From contig NIVC01002779.1 in NCBI GenBank assembly GCA_002269645.1, forward strand, positions 62,001-126,000: a stretch of 64,000 nucleotides of DNA. The letters run 5' to 3'. Shown piece after piece: positions 12,484-28,385 of the stretch; the stretch's first letter is position 1; each line of letters starts with the position of its first letter. Both the position numbers and the translations under genes were made by a program. A model generated the notes under the pieces. It had not been told where the DNA came from, did not search any database, and worked only from the letters and a program-made list of their open reading frames with translations. This DNA is from Macrostomum lignano. Taxonomy: Eukaryota.

Positions 12484-12626
12484 CAGGGTCGTAGCCAAGG
12501 GAGGGGGGGTCATGCCCCCAGCCGGCTGATCCAGGCCAAATGCGGCAGCAACCCCCTCCCCCGTCGCAGAGGCCTAGCACCCCCTGCCCCCCCCCCCCCC
12601 AGAAAGAAATCCTGGCTACGCCACTG
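12484..12626. mobile_element. hAT-like MITE (~143 bp)
   Basis: Imperfect TIRs CAGGGTCGTAGCCAAG / CCTGGCTACGCCACTG; flanks ACTCCTTA / ATTCTTTA (6 of 8 identical, a decayed 8-bp TSD); internal G and C homopolymers. Confidence 0.65.
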
Positions 12627-12910
12627 ATTCTTTACAAAATGATCGAAAATGAGAATGAAGAGTTTACCCACTTTGAACAGCTTAATGCGCTTTCAGAGGA
12701 AATTGTTTTAATTATTAGTTAAAACCAATAAATTAAAGTAATCCACGCTTGCTTGATATGGAACTTTGCCTTTAATATCCATGTAGAGAACTGATGGGCA
12801 CATGGACCTGCACAGTTAAAGTACATTCAATACTTAGTCTAATACACTCGTAGCTTGCTCGCACATCGAGTCCGATCTGGCTCAAGTTTGAGTAGCTTTC
12901 ACTTCACACA

Positions 12911-12913
<3 letters not shown>

Positions 12914-12990
<77 letters not shown>
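12914..12990. repeat. (CT)n microsatellite
   Basis: Direct. Confidence 0.95.
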
Positions 12991-12994
<4 letters not shown>

Positions 12995-13673
12995 TTTGGG
13001 TAATTATTATTAAAGGTACTCCCATGGTTTGCCTCTGTTTCTAATAGGCTTCGGTGCAGCTCGACTCGACTAAGTTATATTAGACTTGTAAAATTTTATT
13101 CGTTTTTTATGACAGGACAATTAATTATTTAGACGAGTTGACTGGAGTATACGATTTTAAAACTTATAGTTTTATTGCCACATCGGAGATGCTGCTGGAT
13201 TCACCCGTACCTCAATCCTCATGTCAGTCTTTTAAAGTCAGCCAAGAAATCGATTTTTCTAATATATTGTGCGAAGCACATGCACTATGAGTATAATAGA
13301 AATCATTGCAGTGCCCCAAGCACCAGCCAATTTCAAGCTTTTCACTGCAGCGAGCGCTCGGTCACGTGTGGAATAGAGAGCTGATGAAGCTGCAGTGCTC
13401 TAAAAGACCTCCCACTGAGCCTGACAGAGGGCTTATTCTCTTTCTCTCATCTTGCTCGCCTCGCCTCTTTCTTTCGTTCTTGGAACTGAACGGCTAATTA
13501 GATCCGCTATCCTCAGCTCCACAGCCTGAGGCAGCTGTGCTGCCAGCCTCCCATCGCCCTCTGCCCATCCCGGTTCCTGACTAAATCAATGTTTGGCCGG
13601 GGGCAGGCGACTCCGGCTAAATGGAACTGGCCTGAGAAATGAATTGCCGGAATCGGGGGCACTGCATGAGAAC

Positions 13674-14415
13674 TGACGGGAGGTTGCGGTGGCTTACAGG
13701 ACACTGACGGGAGGTTGCGGTGGCTTACGGAAGGACACTGACGGGAGGTTGCGGTGGCAATTACGGAAGGACACTGACGGGAGGTTGCGGTGGCTTACGG
13801 AAGGACACTGACGGGAGGTTGCGGTGGCTTACGGAAGGACACTGACGGGAGGTTGCGGTGGCTTACGGAAGGACACTGACGGGAGGTTGCGGTGGCTTAC
13901 GGAAGGACACTGACGGGAGGTTGCGGTGGCAATTACGGAAGGACACTGACCGGAGGTTGCGGTGGCTTACGGAAGGACACTGACGGGAGGTTGCGGTGGC
14001 AATTACGGAAGGACACTGACGGGAGGTTGCGGTGGCTTACGGAAGGACGCTGACGGGAGGTTGCGGTGGCTTACAGGACACTGACGGGAGGTTGCAGTGG
14101 CTTACGGAGGGACACTAACGGGAGGTTGTAGTGGCTTACGGAAGGACACTGACGGGAGGTTGCGGTGGCTTACGGAAGGACACTGACGGGAGGTTGCGGT
14201 GGCTTACGGAAGGACACTGACGGGAGGTTGCGGTGGCTTACGGAAGGACACTGACGGGAGGTTGCGGTGGCTTACGGAAGGACACTGACGGGAGGTTGCG
14301 GTGGCTTACGGAAGGACACTGACGGGAGGTTGCGGTGGCTTACGGAAGGACACTGACGGGAGGTTGCGGTGGCTTACGGAAGGACACTGACGGGAGGTTG
14401 CGGTGGCTTACGGAA
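13674..14415. repeat. 34-bp minisatellite (GACACTGACGGGAGGTTGCGGTGGCTTACGGAAG)
   Basis: Near-identical head-to-tail copies with no unique spacers. Confidence 0.95.
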
Positions 14416-15444
14416 GGACACTGACGGGAGGTTGCAGCGCCTCACTGACGAGATGTCTCACGTCTCACGGGAGGATTGACCGAGAAGCAGGAGCCCTGCC
14501 ATTTCAGAAGCTAAAATATCTTGACACTCAATCAGTAAGCTTTTCTATCGGCAATAGTATTGGGTTGGCAAGGGGATTAATAAATACTTTATGAACAAAG
14601 GCGAGGCTGATTAACTCCGCGCGGCAGATCCCCTTAGCGCGGAGGCCCATCCGGGAAATCCCTTTAGCGGCTTCCACGGGTCAGATGGATTCCATGGTAA
14701 GAAGGCTCTGCCAAAATCCTAGAAAATCTTTGGGGATTCTTTGAGGAACCCCGTCGGCGTCATGCAGTGTGGCATGACAGGGAAAGGGATTTTTCCTCCG
14801 CGGCTATAGGCGGGATTGTTGGCAGGGGATTTGTGGTGGGCCACGCATGGCGGGCTGGAGCTGCGGCAGGCTCGATTCCGCCAAGGTTCACCAGTGTCGG
14901 GGAGGATGGAGGTTCCTCTAAAAAATCTCTAAAATATCCCATAGACACCAACAGAAGAAGGGGCTGAAATATCCAGGCTGGGAGGGGGGGGGTAGAAATC
15001 GAGGGATTTCTGTTTACCGTGGAATCGATAGCCCAGCAGAGATAAGGGAGACGAGGAGGAGTGGCGCAAAGAGTGGCGCGGGAGAGAGCTGAGGGCAGCT
15101 TGAAAGATTCCAGCAGAACTGCCTGCTACTTCCATGCGAGTCCCATGGCGCTGAGCTGTTCAGGTCCGAGAGACAGTGGAGAGCAGGAGAGAGTCTCAGC
15201 TGTCAGCGAGTGCTTGAAAGTTTGGAAAGATTTGCAGAGAGTGTATATGCATTGGTCTTTATAATGGGCTGAGCCTTCTTTCAACTAACATCATCTGCTG
15301 AGGCAGGATTAACCAAAACATTATGAAGCTTTGTGAAAACTCTAGAAAGCTCTAGTAAAAGCAAAAGAAGAAAAATGATCTATCTAAAATAAATCGATTC
15401 GATTACAGTGTAAAAAATTGATCGATGCTTGATTAAAGTTTTAT

Positions 15445-16460
15445 TCAGGTCCAGTTCAAGTTGTCTGGTTCATTTCTGTCCGGTTCAAGTTTGTCCGGTT
15501 CAAGTTTGTCCGGTTCAGTTCTGTCCGGTTCAAGTTTGTCCGGTTCAGTTCTGTCCGGTTCAGTTTTGTCCGGTTCAAGTTTGTCTGGTTCAGTTCTGTC
15601 CGGTTCAAGTTTGTCCGGTTCACGTTTGTCCGGTTCAGTTCTGTCCGGTTCAGTTTTGTCCGGTTCAAGTTTGTCTGGTTCAGTTCTGTCCGGTTCAAGT
15701 TTGTCCGGTTTAGTTTTGTCCGGTTCAAGTTTGTCCGGTTCAGTTCTGTCCGGTTCAGTTTTGTCCGGTTCAAGTTTGTCTGGTTCAGTTCTGTCCGGTT
15801 CAAGTTTGTCCGGTTCAAGTTTGTCCGGTTCAGTTCTGTCCGGTTCAAGTTTGTCCGGTTCAGTTCTGTCCGGTTCAGTTTTGTCCGGTTCAAGTTTGTC
15901 TGGTTCAGTTCTGTCCGGTTCAAGTTTGTCCGGTTCACGTTTGTCCGGTTCAGTTCTGTCCGGTTCAGTTTTGTCCGGTTCAAGTTTGTCTGGTTCAGTT
16001 CTGTCCGGTTCAAGTTTGTCCGGTTTAGTTTTGTCCGGTTCAAGTTTGTCCGGTTCAGTTCTGTCCGGTTCAGTTTTGTCCGGTTCAAGTTTGTCTGGTT
16101 CAGTTCTGTCCGGTTCAAGTTTGTCCGGTTTAGTTTTGTCCGGTTCAAGTTTGTCCGGTTCAGTTCTGTCCGGTTCAGTTTTGTCCGGTTCAAGTTTGTC
16201 TGGTTCAGTTCTGTCCGGTTCAAGTTTGTCCGGTTCAGTTTTGTCCGGTTCAGTTCTGTCCGGTTCAGTTTTGTCCGGTTCAAGTTTGTCCGGTTCAGTT
16301 CTGTCCGGTTCAGTTTTGTCCGGTTCAAGTTTGTCTGGTTCAGTTTTGTCCGGTTCAAGTTTGTCCGGTTCAGTTTTTTCGGTTCAGTTCTGTCCGGTTC
16401 AAGTTTGTCCGGTTCAGTTCTGTCCGGTTCAGGTTTATCCGGTTCAGGTTTGTCCGGTTC
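15445..16460. repeat. 15-bp minisatellite (TGTCCGGTTCAAGTT / TGTCCGGTTCAGTTY)
   Basis: Direct; source of the LNRT and SGSVL ORFs. Confidence 0.95.
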
Positions 16461-17004
16461 CGCTTTACGCAAAATGAAAGCTACATTTACATCCCATCCA
16501 GTGTGCACATGATGTTATTTCATTATGTATTTTTGGGTGCTGATCCTCGAACCATTAAGCTCGAATTAAATCGATATTTGGCCTCCAGGCAAAATGCAAA
16601 GTAATTTACATTTTCGGCAATCGAATGTTTACATGTATGCCCAATTATGTACTTTTAATTTAACGAGTAAACCCAGAGTTCATATTGACCTTAAAGCAGC
16701 GATCCAGGGCGGAGCCATTATTGAGCTGTAATTTAATATAATTTGCATGACGATCTACAGACTGCCGGGATTCAAGCATTCAGAAATTACAATCGCCTCC
16801 TCTTTATACACATGCAGTTTGTAGCGGATAAATTATGCAGGGTTCAAATCGAATATGATTGCCTACACGCTTGCGAAGGGAATGCTCAACTATAATTTGA
16901 TATATTCGGACTAAAAATCTGCTGTGTGCTGCTGCTGCTTCAGCATCTTTTGCTTTTTCAGCCATTTATTTCAGCCATAATTTTCATTAAAATCAGCCGA
17001 GGAG

Positions 17005-17300
17005 TCTTGTGAAAGCAAAGGAAGTCTCATGGAAGCATTGAAAGTCTCATAGAAGCGTTGGAAGTCTCTGGAAGTATATGAAGTCTCTGGAAGTATAGGA
17101 AGTCTCTGGAAGTATAGGAAGTCTCGTGGAAGTATAGGAAGTCTCTGGAAGTATAGGAAGTCTCTGGAAGCAAAGGAAGTCTCGTGGAAGTATAGGAAGT
17201 CTCTGGAAGTATAGGCTGTATAGGAAGTCTCATGGAAGCAAAGGAAGTCTCATGGAAGCGTTGGAAGTCTCGTGAAAGTATAGGAAGTCTCGTGCATGGA
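17005..17300. repeat. 19-bp minisatellite (GGAAGTCTCTGGAAGTATA)
   Basis: Direct tandem copies. Confidence 0.9.
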
Positions 17301-17744
17301 AGCTCGCAGAGAAGCATTTAAAAAATGAAAATCCTATTGAACTTTGGTACCCTGTGACTGTGTACCAGCTCTTGCGACAAATTGTCTTTCAGCCTTGCCC
17401 TGCCTCTTCCATCAATCACAGTTGGATCGTAACCTTTGGATAAATCAGTTCTTTATATAGATAGACTCGACTTGGATTTTAGATGACACAATATAATAGT
17501 ACAGGCTACGGCTATATTGATACATGCAAATGCGATCTCAAGCTTATCATAAAACAATAGCTATACTTGATCTCACTCGATTTACGAATTAAGCCAGTGG
17601 CTGTATTGTTTTTAAAAGCAGCTACGCAGTTCAGTGGTGCTACCAGAAATTTTGTGGAGGCCAGAGGGCGGAGTGCAGGGCATGCGCTCCGAACGAAAGA
17701 CAAAACAACGAATAAATAGTAGCAAGGATACCTGACTCCATCAA

Positions 17745-17817
17745 GCCTCTGTAGCTCAGTGGCTAGAGCACTGGTCTCGTAAACCAGGGGTCGGGAGTTC
17801 GATCCTCCCCAGGGGCT
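17745..17817 (+). tRNA. trnT-CGT: tRNA-Thr, anticodon CGT
   Basis: Acceptor stem GCCTCTG/CAGGGGC; D arm GCTC..GAGC; anticodon stem CTGGT/ACCAG with loop CT-CGT-AA; T arm GGGAG-TTCGATC-CTCCC; TTTT Pol III terminator at 17822-17825; no genomic CCA, as expected for a eukaryote. Confidence 0.95.
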
Positions 17818-19028
17818 TATATTTTGCTCCGTCTCTTCAAATTGAGTTCAACTGCTGTGTCTAAGTCGGAATCTGGGACAAAGGCAAACTAAACTCTAAA
17901 AAATGAGTTTCAATATTGATTGATCAGCAAGAACATTGTACTCTATTTTATATTCTATTGATAGATAAAAAGTACGTGGACGTAATCTGTAAGGACAGTA
18001 TAAGGTCTGAACGCCTTGTGAATATTGATACCAACTCTAAAATTTGTCGATAAAATAGAAAAAAATAAAGCATGCTAAAATTTACTCAATTGAATAATAG
18101 CTCTCTGAGTCTGATTAAAAATTCGCCTAATATGTAAACGGTAGTTCGATATGTTTCGAAAAAATCTTTTAAGTGTAGCGAGATTTAAAAACAGCCTTCC
18201 AAACAAACAAATAATGCATACATTAAAAATCTAAATCAAGTAAGTCTTACACACTGAGCAAACAAATTTGGGTAGTAAAATATTCACAAAATTCTCGATA
18301 CTTTTAATTTAATTGTATAATACATGAAGAAAATGTTTCTTTGAATTGCATAAAACTTAAAACTTGAAAGTGAGAGACAATAAATTGGAAGTTTTATACA
18401 ATTTGTTAGTTCATTTTTTCTCTGATTTATTGTAATTGCTAGATTAGTTTTCTATACAGTTTATTGTTTTCTTTTTTCATTGATTTTTTTATTGATTTGG
18501 TTAATTAAGAAAACTGTGCTGAATAGGCTACTAATACCAATAGTAAAGATACACTGATTTTATTAGTGCTTATGAAGTTATGCTTATTAATATCAAATGG
18601 CAAGTTATATTATACTTACAGGCTAAATTACATTTATAGTTGTTTTTGTTTAGTAATAGCACTATGAAACAATAAGTTATTATAATTCCAGAAATCATAA
18701 CTATTCAAATGTAACAAAATTTTTATAAAAACTGACAAAAGTATAATTATATAAGTTATAATTAATAGTAAAATAGTAATCTATTTAATAGGCCTACATA
18801 AAGCTTATGTTCTATATTGCAATTTATTTTTAAGAAAATAAAGTCAATTATTGCAATATCTATTTAATTTTTTTATTTTTTATTTTCAATTCCAGCTATA
18901 AGCCAAGCTATTCACATAATTTACAAAGCCTAAACTATATGCGACGCACTGTTGGCCAACCATTGGCCCCTGTTTCATCATTCAATCTTCATTCTACTCA
19001 ATTATCTTATATTGTTTTTGGCAAAGAC

Positions 19029-21335
19029 ATGCGCCAACAACATAGCATTTCATTTATGACTCAATCAACAAGGATATTTGCTGTTGTAGCAGCTTATTGG
19101 GTGGTATCAATATCACTGGTGTTTCTTAATAAGTATTTACTTAGCAGTGATGAGCTCAAACTGGATGCACCATATTTTGTCACTTGGTTCCAATGTCTTG
19201 TATCTTTGGTATTATGTTATCTCTTAGCAGGCCTTGCCCATCTGGTGCCAATGTGCTTCAGCTTTCCCTCTGTTGCTGTGAGTATTTTTAGTTGTTGGGG
19301 TTTTTTCTAGAGTCTCTCAGTGCACTATCCATGAATAGTGCACTAATAGTAGTCCATTGGTACACCATAGTGCAAGGTCTTAGAGACTAGGTCCACTGGT
19401 GTGCTATAGTACAGGGTCCTAAAGACTAGGTCCATTGGTGCCATAGTGCAGGGTCCTATAGACTGGGTCCATTAGTGTGCCATAGTGTAGGGTCCCTCCT
19501 ATAGACAGGATCGATTGGTGTTTAACACTAGAAGGTCCCTGACTCCCTGAATAAGGTTAGGTTCTTAATTCTATCAGTGATTTAATAAAGAGAAATCGTA
19601 CTTTGAAAATATTCAGATTGAATTCCCATCCCATCCATCACAAGATCCGACTGCAGGTGTGCCGCAAAGTGGCTCCCCTATCGTTCATCTTCGTTGCCAT
19701 GGTGACATTCAATAATTTGTGTCTAAAAGATGTCGGCATCAGTTTCTATTATGCCGGCAGGTCATTCACTACCGTGTTCAACGCATTGCTGTCTTATGTG
19801 ATTCTGGGACAGACCACCTCGCTAAAGGCCATCATCTGTTGCGGCTTCATAATAGTAGGCTTCCTTCTCGGCGTGGACCAGGAGAAAGTGTCCGGTAGGC
19901 TTCTGTTCTGCTCGTTGCTACTGTTAGTAGTTATCACAGAGCGGCCCGAGTATATGCATAATTAAGTTATTAGTATTTTACCAGGAGCTCAGAATTATGT
20001 CAAAGTATAAATTCGCGTCACAAAAACAAACTCCCTAAACAGATAGACTGACTGACAGACAGACGGACAGGAGGACAGCACCTAAGATTAAGAAGAATCG
20101 CCCGTGTACAGCACCTAAGATTAGGAAGAATCGCCCGTGAACAGCAAACGGCGGCTAAGATTAGGAAGAATCGCCCCTGAACAGCACCTAAGATTAAGAA
20201 GAATCGCCCGTGTACAGCACCTAAGATTAGGAAGAATCGCCCGTGAACAGCAAACGGCGGCTAAGATTAGGAAGAATCGCCCCTGAACAGCAGCTAAGAT
20301 TAGGAAGAATCGCCCCTGAACAGCAGCTAAGATTAGGAAGAATCGCCCCTGAACAGCAGCTAAGATTGGGAAGAATCGCCCGTGAACAGCAGCTAAGATT
20401 GGTAAGAATCGCCCCTGAACAGCAGCTAAGATTAGGAAGAATCGCCCCTGAACAGCAGCTAAGATTGGGAAGAATCGCCCCTGAACAGCAGCTAAGATTG
20501 GGAAGAATCGCCCCTGAACAGCAGCTAAGATTAGGAAGAATCGCCCCTGAACAGCAGCTAAGATTGGGAAGAATCGCCCCTGAACAGCAGCTAAGATTGG
20601 GAAGAATCGCCCCTGAACAGCAACTAAGATTGGGAAGAATCGCCCCTGAACAGCAGCTAAGATTGGTAAGAATCGCCCCTGAACAGCAGCTAAGATTAGG
20701 AAGAATCGCCCCTGAACAGCATCTAAGATTAGGAAGAATCGCCCCTGAACAGCAGCTTAAGATTAGGAAGAATCGCCCCTTGTCCCTCCGCAGGCTCCCT
20801 GTCCGTGTCCGGTGTTGTCTATGGCCTCTTAGCCTCCCTATTCGTAGCTCTGAACGCGATCTACACTAAGAAGGTGCTGCCAGCCGTTGACAACAACGTG
20901 TGGAAGCTGACGCTGTACAACAATCTGAACGCCGTGTTGATCTTCCTGCCCCTGCTGGTGCTCACTGGCGATGCCGGCGCTGTTGCCGGCTCCCAGCTGA
21001 TCAGCTCGGCCGCATTCTGGCTGGTGATGCTGGCCTCCGGTGTGCTCGGCTTCGCCATCGGCTATGTGACGGGCCTGCAGATTCAGTTCACTAGTCCGCT
21101 GACTCATAATGTTAGCGGCACGGCCAAGTCCTGTGCCCAGACAGTATTGGGCTACTTGGCCTATAGGGAGGTGAAGACTGGTCTATGGTGGCTCAGCAAT
21201 GTCATTGTGCTGACGGCTTCTTTTGCCTACGCCCTGGTTAAACGGCAGGAGATGCGGCTGCAGCACCAGCTGGAGATGGCGCGAATGGCTGCAAAGCTGG
21301 AAGAGGGCGCCGACTGTGAGTTGACAGTGGCTTGA
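19029..21335 (+). CDS. SLC35C1: GDP-fucose transporter 1
   Basis: Exons 19029-19277, 19645-19894, 20794-21335 with GT-AG introns in consistent phase. Motifs [53 protein letters not shown] and [32 protein letters not shown] match SLC35C1 as I recall it. The start ATG is not certain. Confidence 0.93.
19350..19535. repeat. Degenerate ~39-bp intronic repeat (ATAGTGCAGGGTCCTA..GACTAGGTCCATTGGTG)
   Basis: 4-5 diverged copies in SLC35C1 intron 1. Confidence 0.7.
20076..20780. repeat. 33-bp intronic minisatellite (CAGCAGCTAAGATTAGGAAGAATCGCCCCTGAA)
   Basis: Fills SLC35C1 intron 2 and runs straight into the polypyrimidine tract TTGTCCCTCCGCAG. Confidence 0.95.
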
Positions 21336-21346
21336 AGCTGAGTTCC

Positions 21347-22053
21347 AATCCCAGATCCCTCAGCTGAATCCCACACCCTGCCAGATCACTCAGCTGAATC
21401 ATATTCCCTCCCAGATCACTCAGCTGAATCATATTCCCTCCCAGATCCCTCAGCTGAATCATATTCCCTCCCAGATCCCTCAGCTGAATCATATTCCCTC
21501 CCAGATCACTCAGCTGAATCATATTCCCTCCCAGATCACTCAGCTGAATCATATTCCCTCCCAGATCACTCAACTGAATCATATTCCCTCCCAGATCCCT
21601 CAGCTGAATCATATTCCCTCCCAGATCACTCAGCTGAATCATATTCCCTCCCAGATCACTCAGCTGAATCATATTCCCTCCCAGATCACTCAGCTGAATC
21701 ATATTCCCTCCCAGATCACTCAGCTGAATCATATTCCCTCCCAGATCACTCAGCTGAATCATATTCCCTCCCAGATCACTCAGCTGAATCATATTCCCTC
21801 CCAGATCACTCAGCTGAATCATATTCCCTCCCAGATCCCTCAGCTGAATCCCACACCCTCTCAGATCCCTCAGCTGAATCCCACTCCCTCAGCTAAATCC
21901 CACACCCTCCCAGATCCCTCAGCTGAATCATATTCCCTCCCAGATCACTCAGCTGAATCATATTCCCTCCCAGATTCCTCAGCTGAATCCCACACCCTCT
22001 CAGATCCCTCAGCTGAATCCCACTCCCTCCCAGATCCCTCAGCTGAATCCCAC
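21347..22053. repeat. 30-bp minisatellite (CCCAGATCACTCAGCTGAATCATATTCCCT) immediately after the SLC35C1 stop
   Basis: Direct tandem copies starting ~12 nt past the TGA. Confidence 0.95.
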
Positions 22054-23412
22054 ATGACATTATTGCACTCAGGGCGCTAAGGAGGGCTGCTCAAGCTAGA
22101 AATTTCACCTGCAGCCGGGCCACTGTGGCACTTGAAAAAGCCAAGCGCCTCCTGATGATCTTGTGGATTTTTAAACAGCTTGCCCTACATTGTGCCTCTT
22201 CGTGGTTTGGTTGGCCTCCATTCTTACTATACGGCTGTTTCAATACAGATGGATGTCAGTGGGCATCAATAGAATTTATTGCTCCGATGCCCGTTGCATT
22301 GCTGTTTGCGAAAATTTCACTCTTGACTACTTTTACTACTGACAGTAGAGTATTTAGTATTTACCACAGCTACTTATAATAACTAGATGTTACTCGAAAT
22401 TAAAGTAGGACGCAGAAATTTAATGTGTGGCGGCGGCGTATGGAGTTATGAATATGTTTCGAATAGGATGTGCATCGAGCATAAGCTGATTTTTCAAAAA
22501 CCGGAAATATCTTGTGATAGTTTTAACTTTTTATCATTTTCCTATGATAAAGCAAAAAACGCTAATTTTGCTACTAAAAAAGTAGGTAAGCGCATTTTTG
22601 CGAGTGATATCTGGTTATTTAGTATCTGAATTATTTATCGATATTAAATTTTATGTTTTATTATTCGCTATTCCAATAGGTCTCATTACACAAAAGTGCA
22701 AAACCAATGCATAATGTTAAACAGTAATAGACAACTATGATTTAACACGAAATGCTGGTCAATATTCCTGCCATAGTCGTACACAGCGCTGAGCTGTACA
22801 AATAAACGAAACCGTATCGGATTCATTCCTTGTATAGGCGCGCAACTGCCGCGCAATCTGATTAATAATGAAAGCAGTCAGTTGAGACAGCTGTGCAGTC
22901 TTCAGTTATTAATAATCAAATATATTCTTGCTAAACAGATTGCATAGCATTCATCATAGGGAAGCAGCGGATAATTGGCGCTTAACAAAATTGTGAACTT
23001 TGCTCGCCAATGGCATGCACTACTGAAAAATCATGCTGTCAACAATGAGATAGCTACACGCCTTGTCTGTTAATAATGAAACAAAATGTTTGCACTCTTG
23101 GCGCAGGAAAGCATTATTGGTAGTCTGATCGCGTACGGAAAAATATTGGTTAATTATATATAATAGTGTGTGTCCATTGCTACACATCTGCACTGCTCTA
23201 CAGGAACGGGGATATAAAATGGGAAGTAAAAACACAGCTTGAGATTCGCTAAACGCCTGCTTAAATGATTCATTATTGAAAGCAAAGTCGCCCTCATCTG
23301 TACAGAATGTGTTTGCTGGTGTCTGCTGCAATTACATAAATTTACTAGATATTGAAGCTGATCGGTTGGCACTTTGTTCAGCGCGGTTTAGCCGGCTCCA
23401 GCTCCTGCCTAC

Positions 23413-27149
<3,737 letters not shown>

Positions 27150-27869
27150 GGCTGCCTAAGCCGACCTTCACTCGTATCCCTAACACAAGGCGACAACTGT
27201 GTACAGCTGCTGTTGCAGTTAGTCTGTTATGAAGCTGAAATCGGATTCATTTACGCATCACTTATCAAGTTTCTTTTTCCGATTGCTTTTGTTGAGAAGT
27301 TTCATTAGTACAATGAGATTGCCTGTCAGCACTGGCTCAGATTCAGCGCTCGCCCAGTCACCCTTTTGTAACAAAAAACCCCTAGAAGAGAGAAGGAAAA
27401 AGATGACAGTGCTTGCTAGTTCACCTTCCGCCCCACTCTCAGCTTTACTACCCCCCCCCCCCTGTGTAGGAGAATTAAACCGGTGAACGAGAGAAGTCGC
27501 GCGCAAGTGTGGTCAGAGAGTCAGAGAGAGAAGGCCAGAGAGTCTGAACGCACTCAGCTGGCTGTACAAGTGGAGGAAGACTAGCAACATTATAAGGTAA
27601 ATGTGCATTTGATGAGAAATTAAAAAACTGAGTTGGCTAAGACATGGCTATGCTTACAGATATCAATCTACTTCAAGCATAATTCATTTAGCACTCTATG
27701 AACTCCTGCTGCGCTACTCATGAGTTGCCCCCAAAGTTACAGCGTCCATGCTTGCACTTTGACTATTATATATGCAATTAGATGTTAAACATTGCACTGC
27801 CTGTACAGTTCAACGGCCCAATGAAATGCTCAAACTTCACAAATAGCAATCCCACCTGTTCAAGGTCTA

Positions 27870-28385
27870 TCTCTTCTCCTCCCTCTCCTCTCCTCCCTCT
27901 CCTCTTCTCCCTCTACTCTCCTCCCTCTCCTCTTCACCCTCTCCACTCCTCCCTCTCCTCTTCACCCTCTCCACTCCTCCCTCTCCTCTTCTCCCTCTAC
28001 TCTTCACCCTCTACTCTCCTCCCTCTCCTCTTCTCCCTCTCCTCTTCTCCCTCTCCTCTTCTCCCTCTCCTCTTCACCCTCTCCTCTTCTCCCTCTACTC
28101 TTCACCCTCTCCTCTCCTCCCTCTCCTCTTCTCCCTCTCCTCTTCACCCTCTCCTCTTCTCCCTCTCCTCTTCACCCTCTCCACTCCTCTCTCTCCTCTT
28201 CACCCTCTCCACTTCTCCCTCTCCTCTTCTCCCTCTCCTCTTCTCCCTCTCCTCTTCTCCCTCTCCTCTTCTCCCTCTCCTCTTCACCCTCTCCACTCCT
28301 CTCTCTCCTCTTCACCCTCTCCACTCCTCCCTCTCCTCTTCTCCCTCTCCTCTTCTCTTCCCTCTCCTCTATTTTCCTCTCACTT
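27870..28385. repeat. Polypyrimidine low-complexity tract (CTCCTCTTCTCCCT-type)
   Basis: Almost exclusively C/T on the + strand. Confidence 0.9.

Noticed and set aside
13674-14415. 34-bp repeats resembling a CRISPR array in unit length
   Set aside because: Units are contiguous with no unique spacers, there are no cas genes, and the context is eukaryotic.
15456-16508. 350-aa LNRT pentapeptide-repeat-like ORF and 338-aa SGS ORF
   Set aside because: 15-bp satellite open in several frames on both strands, with non-ATG starts and no flanking coding context.
20243-21822. [11 protein letters not shown] and MIQLSDLGGN repeat ORFs
   Set aside because: Products of the SLC35C1 intron 2 and 3' UTR minisatellites.
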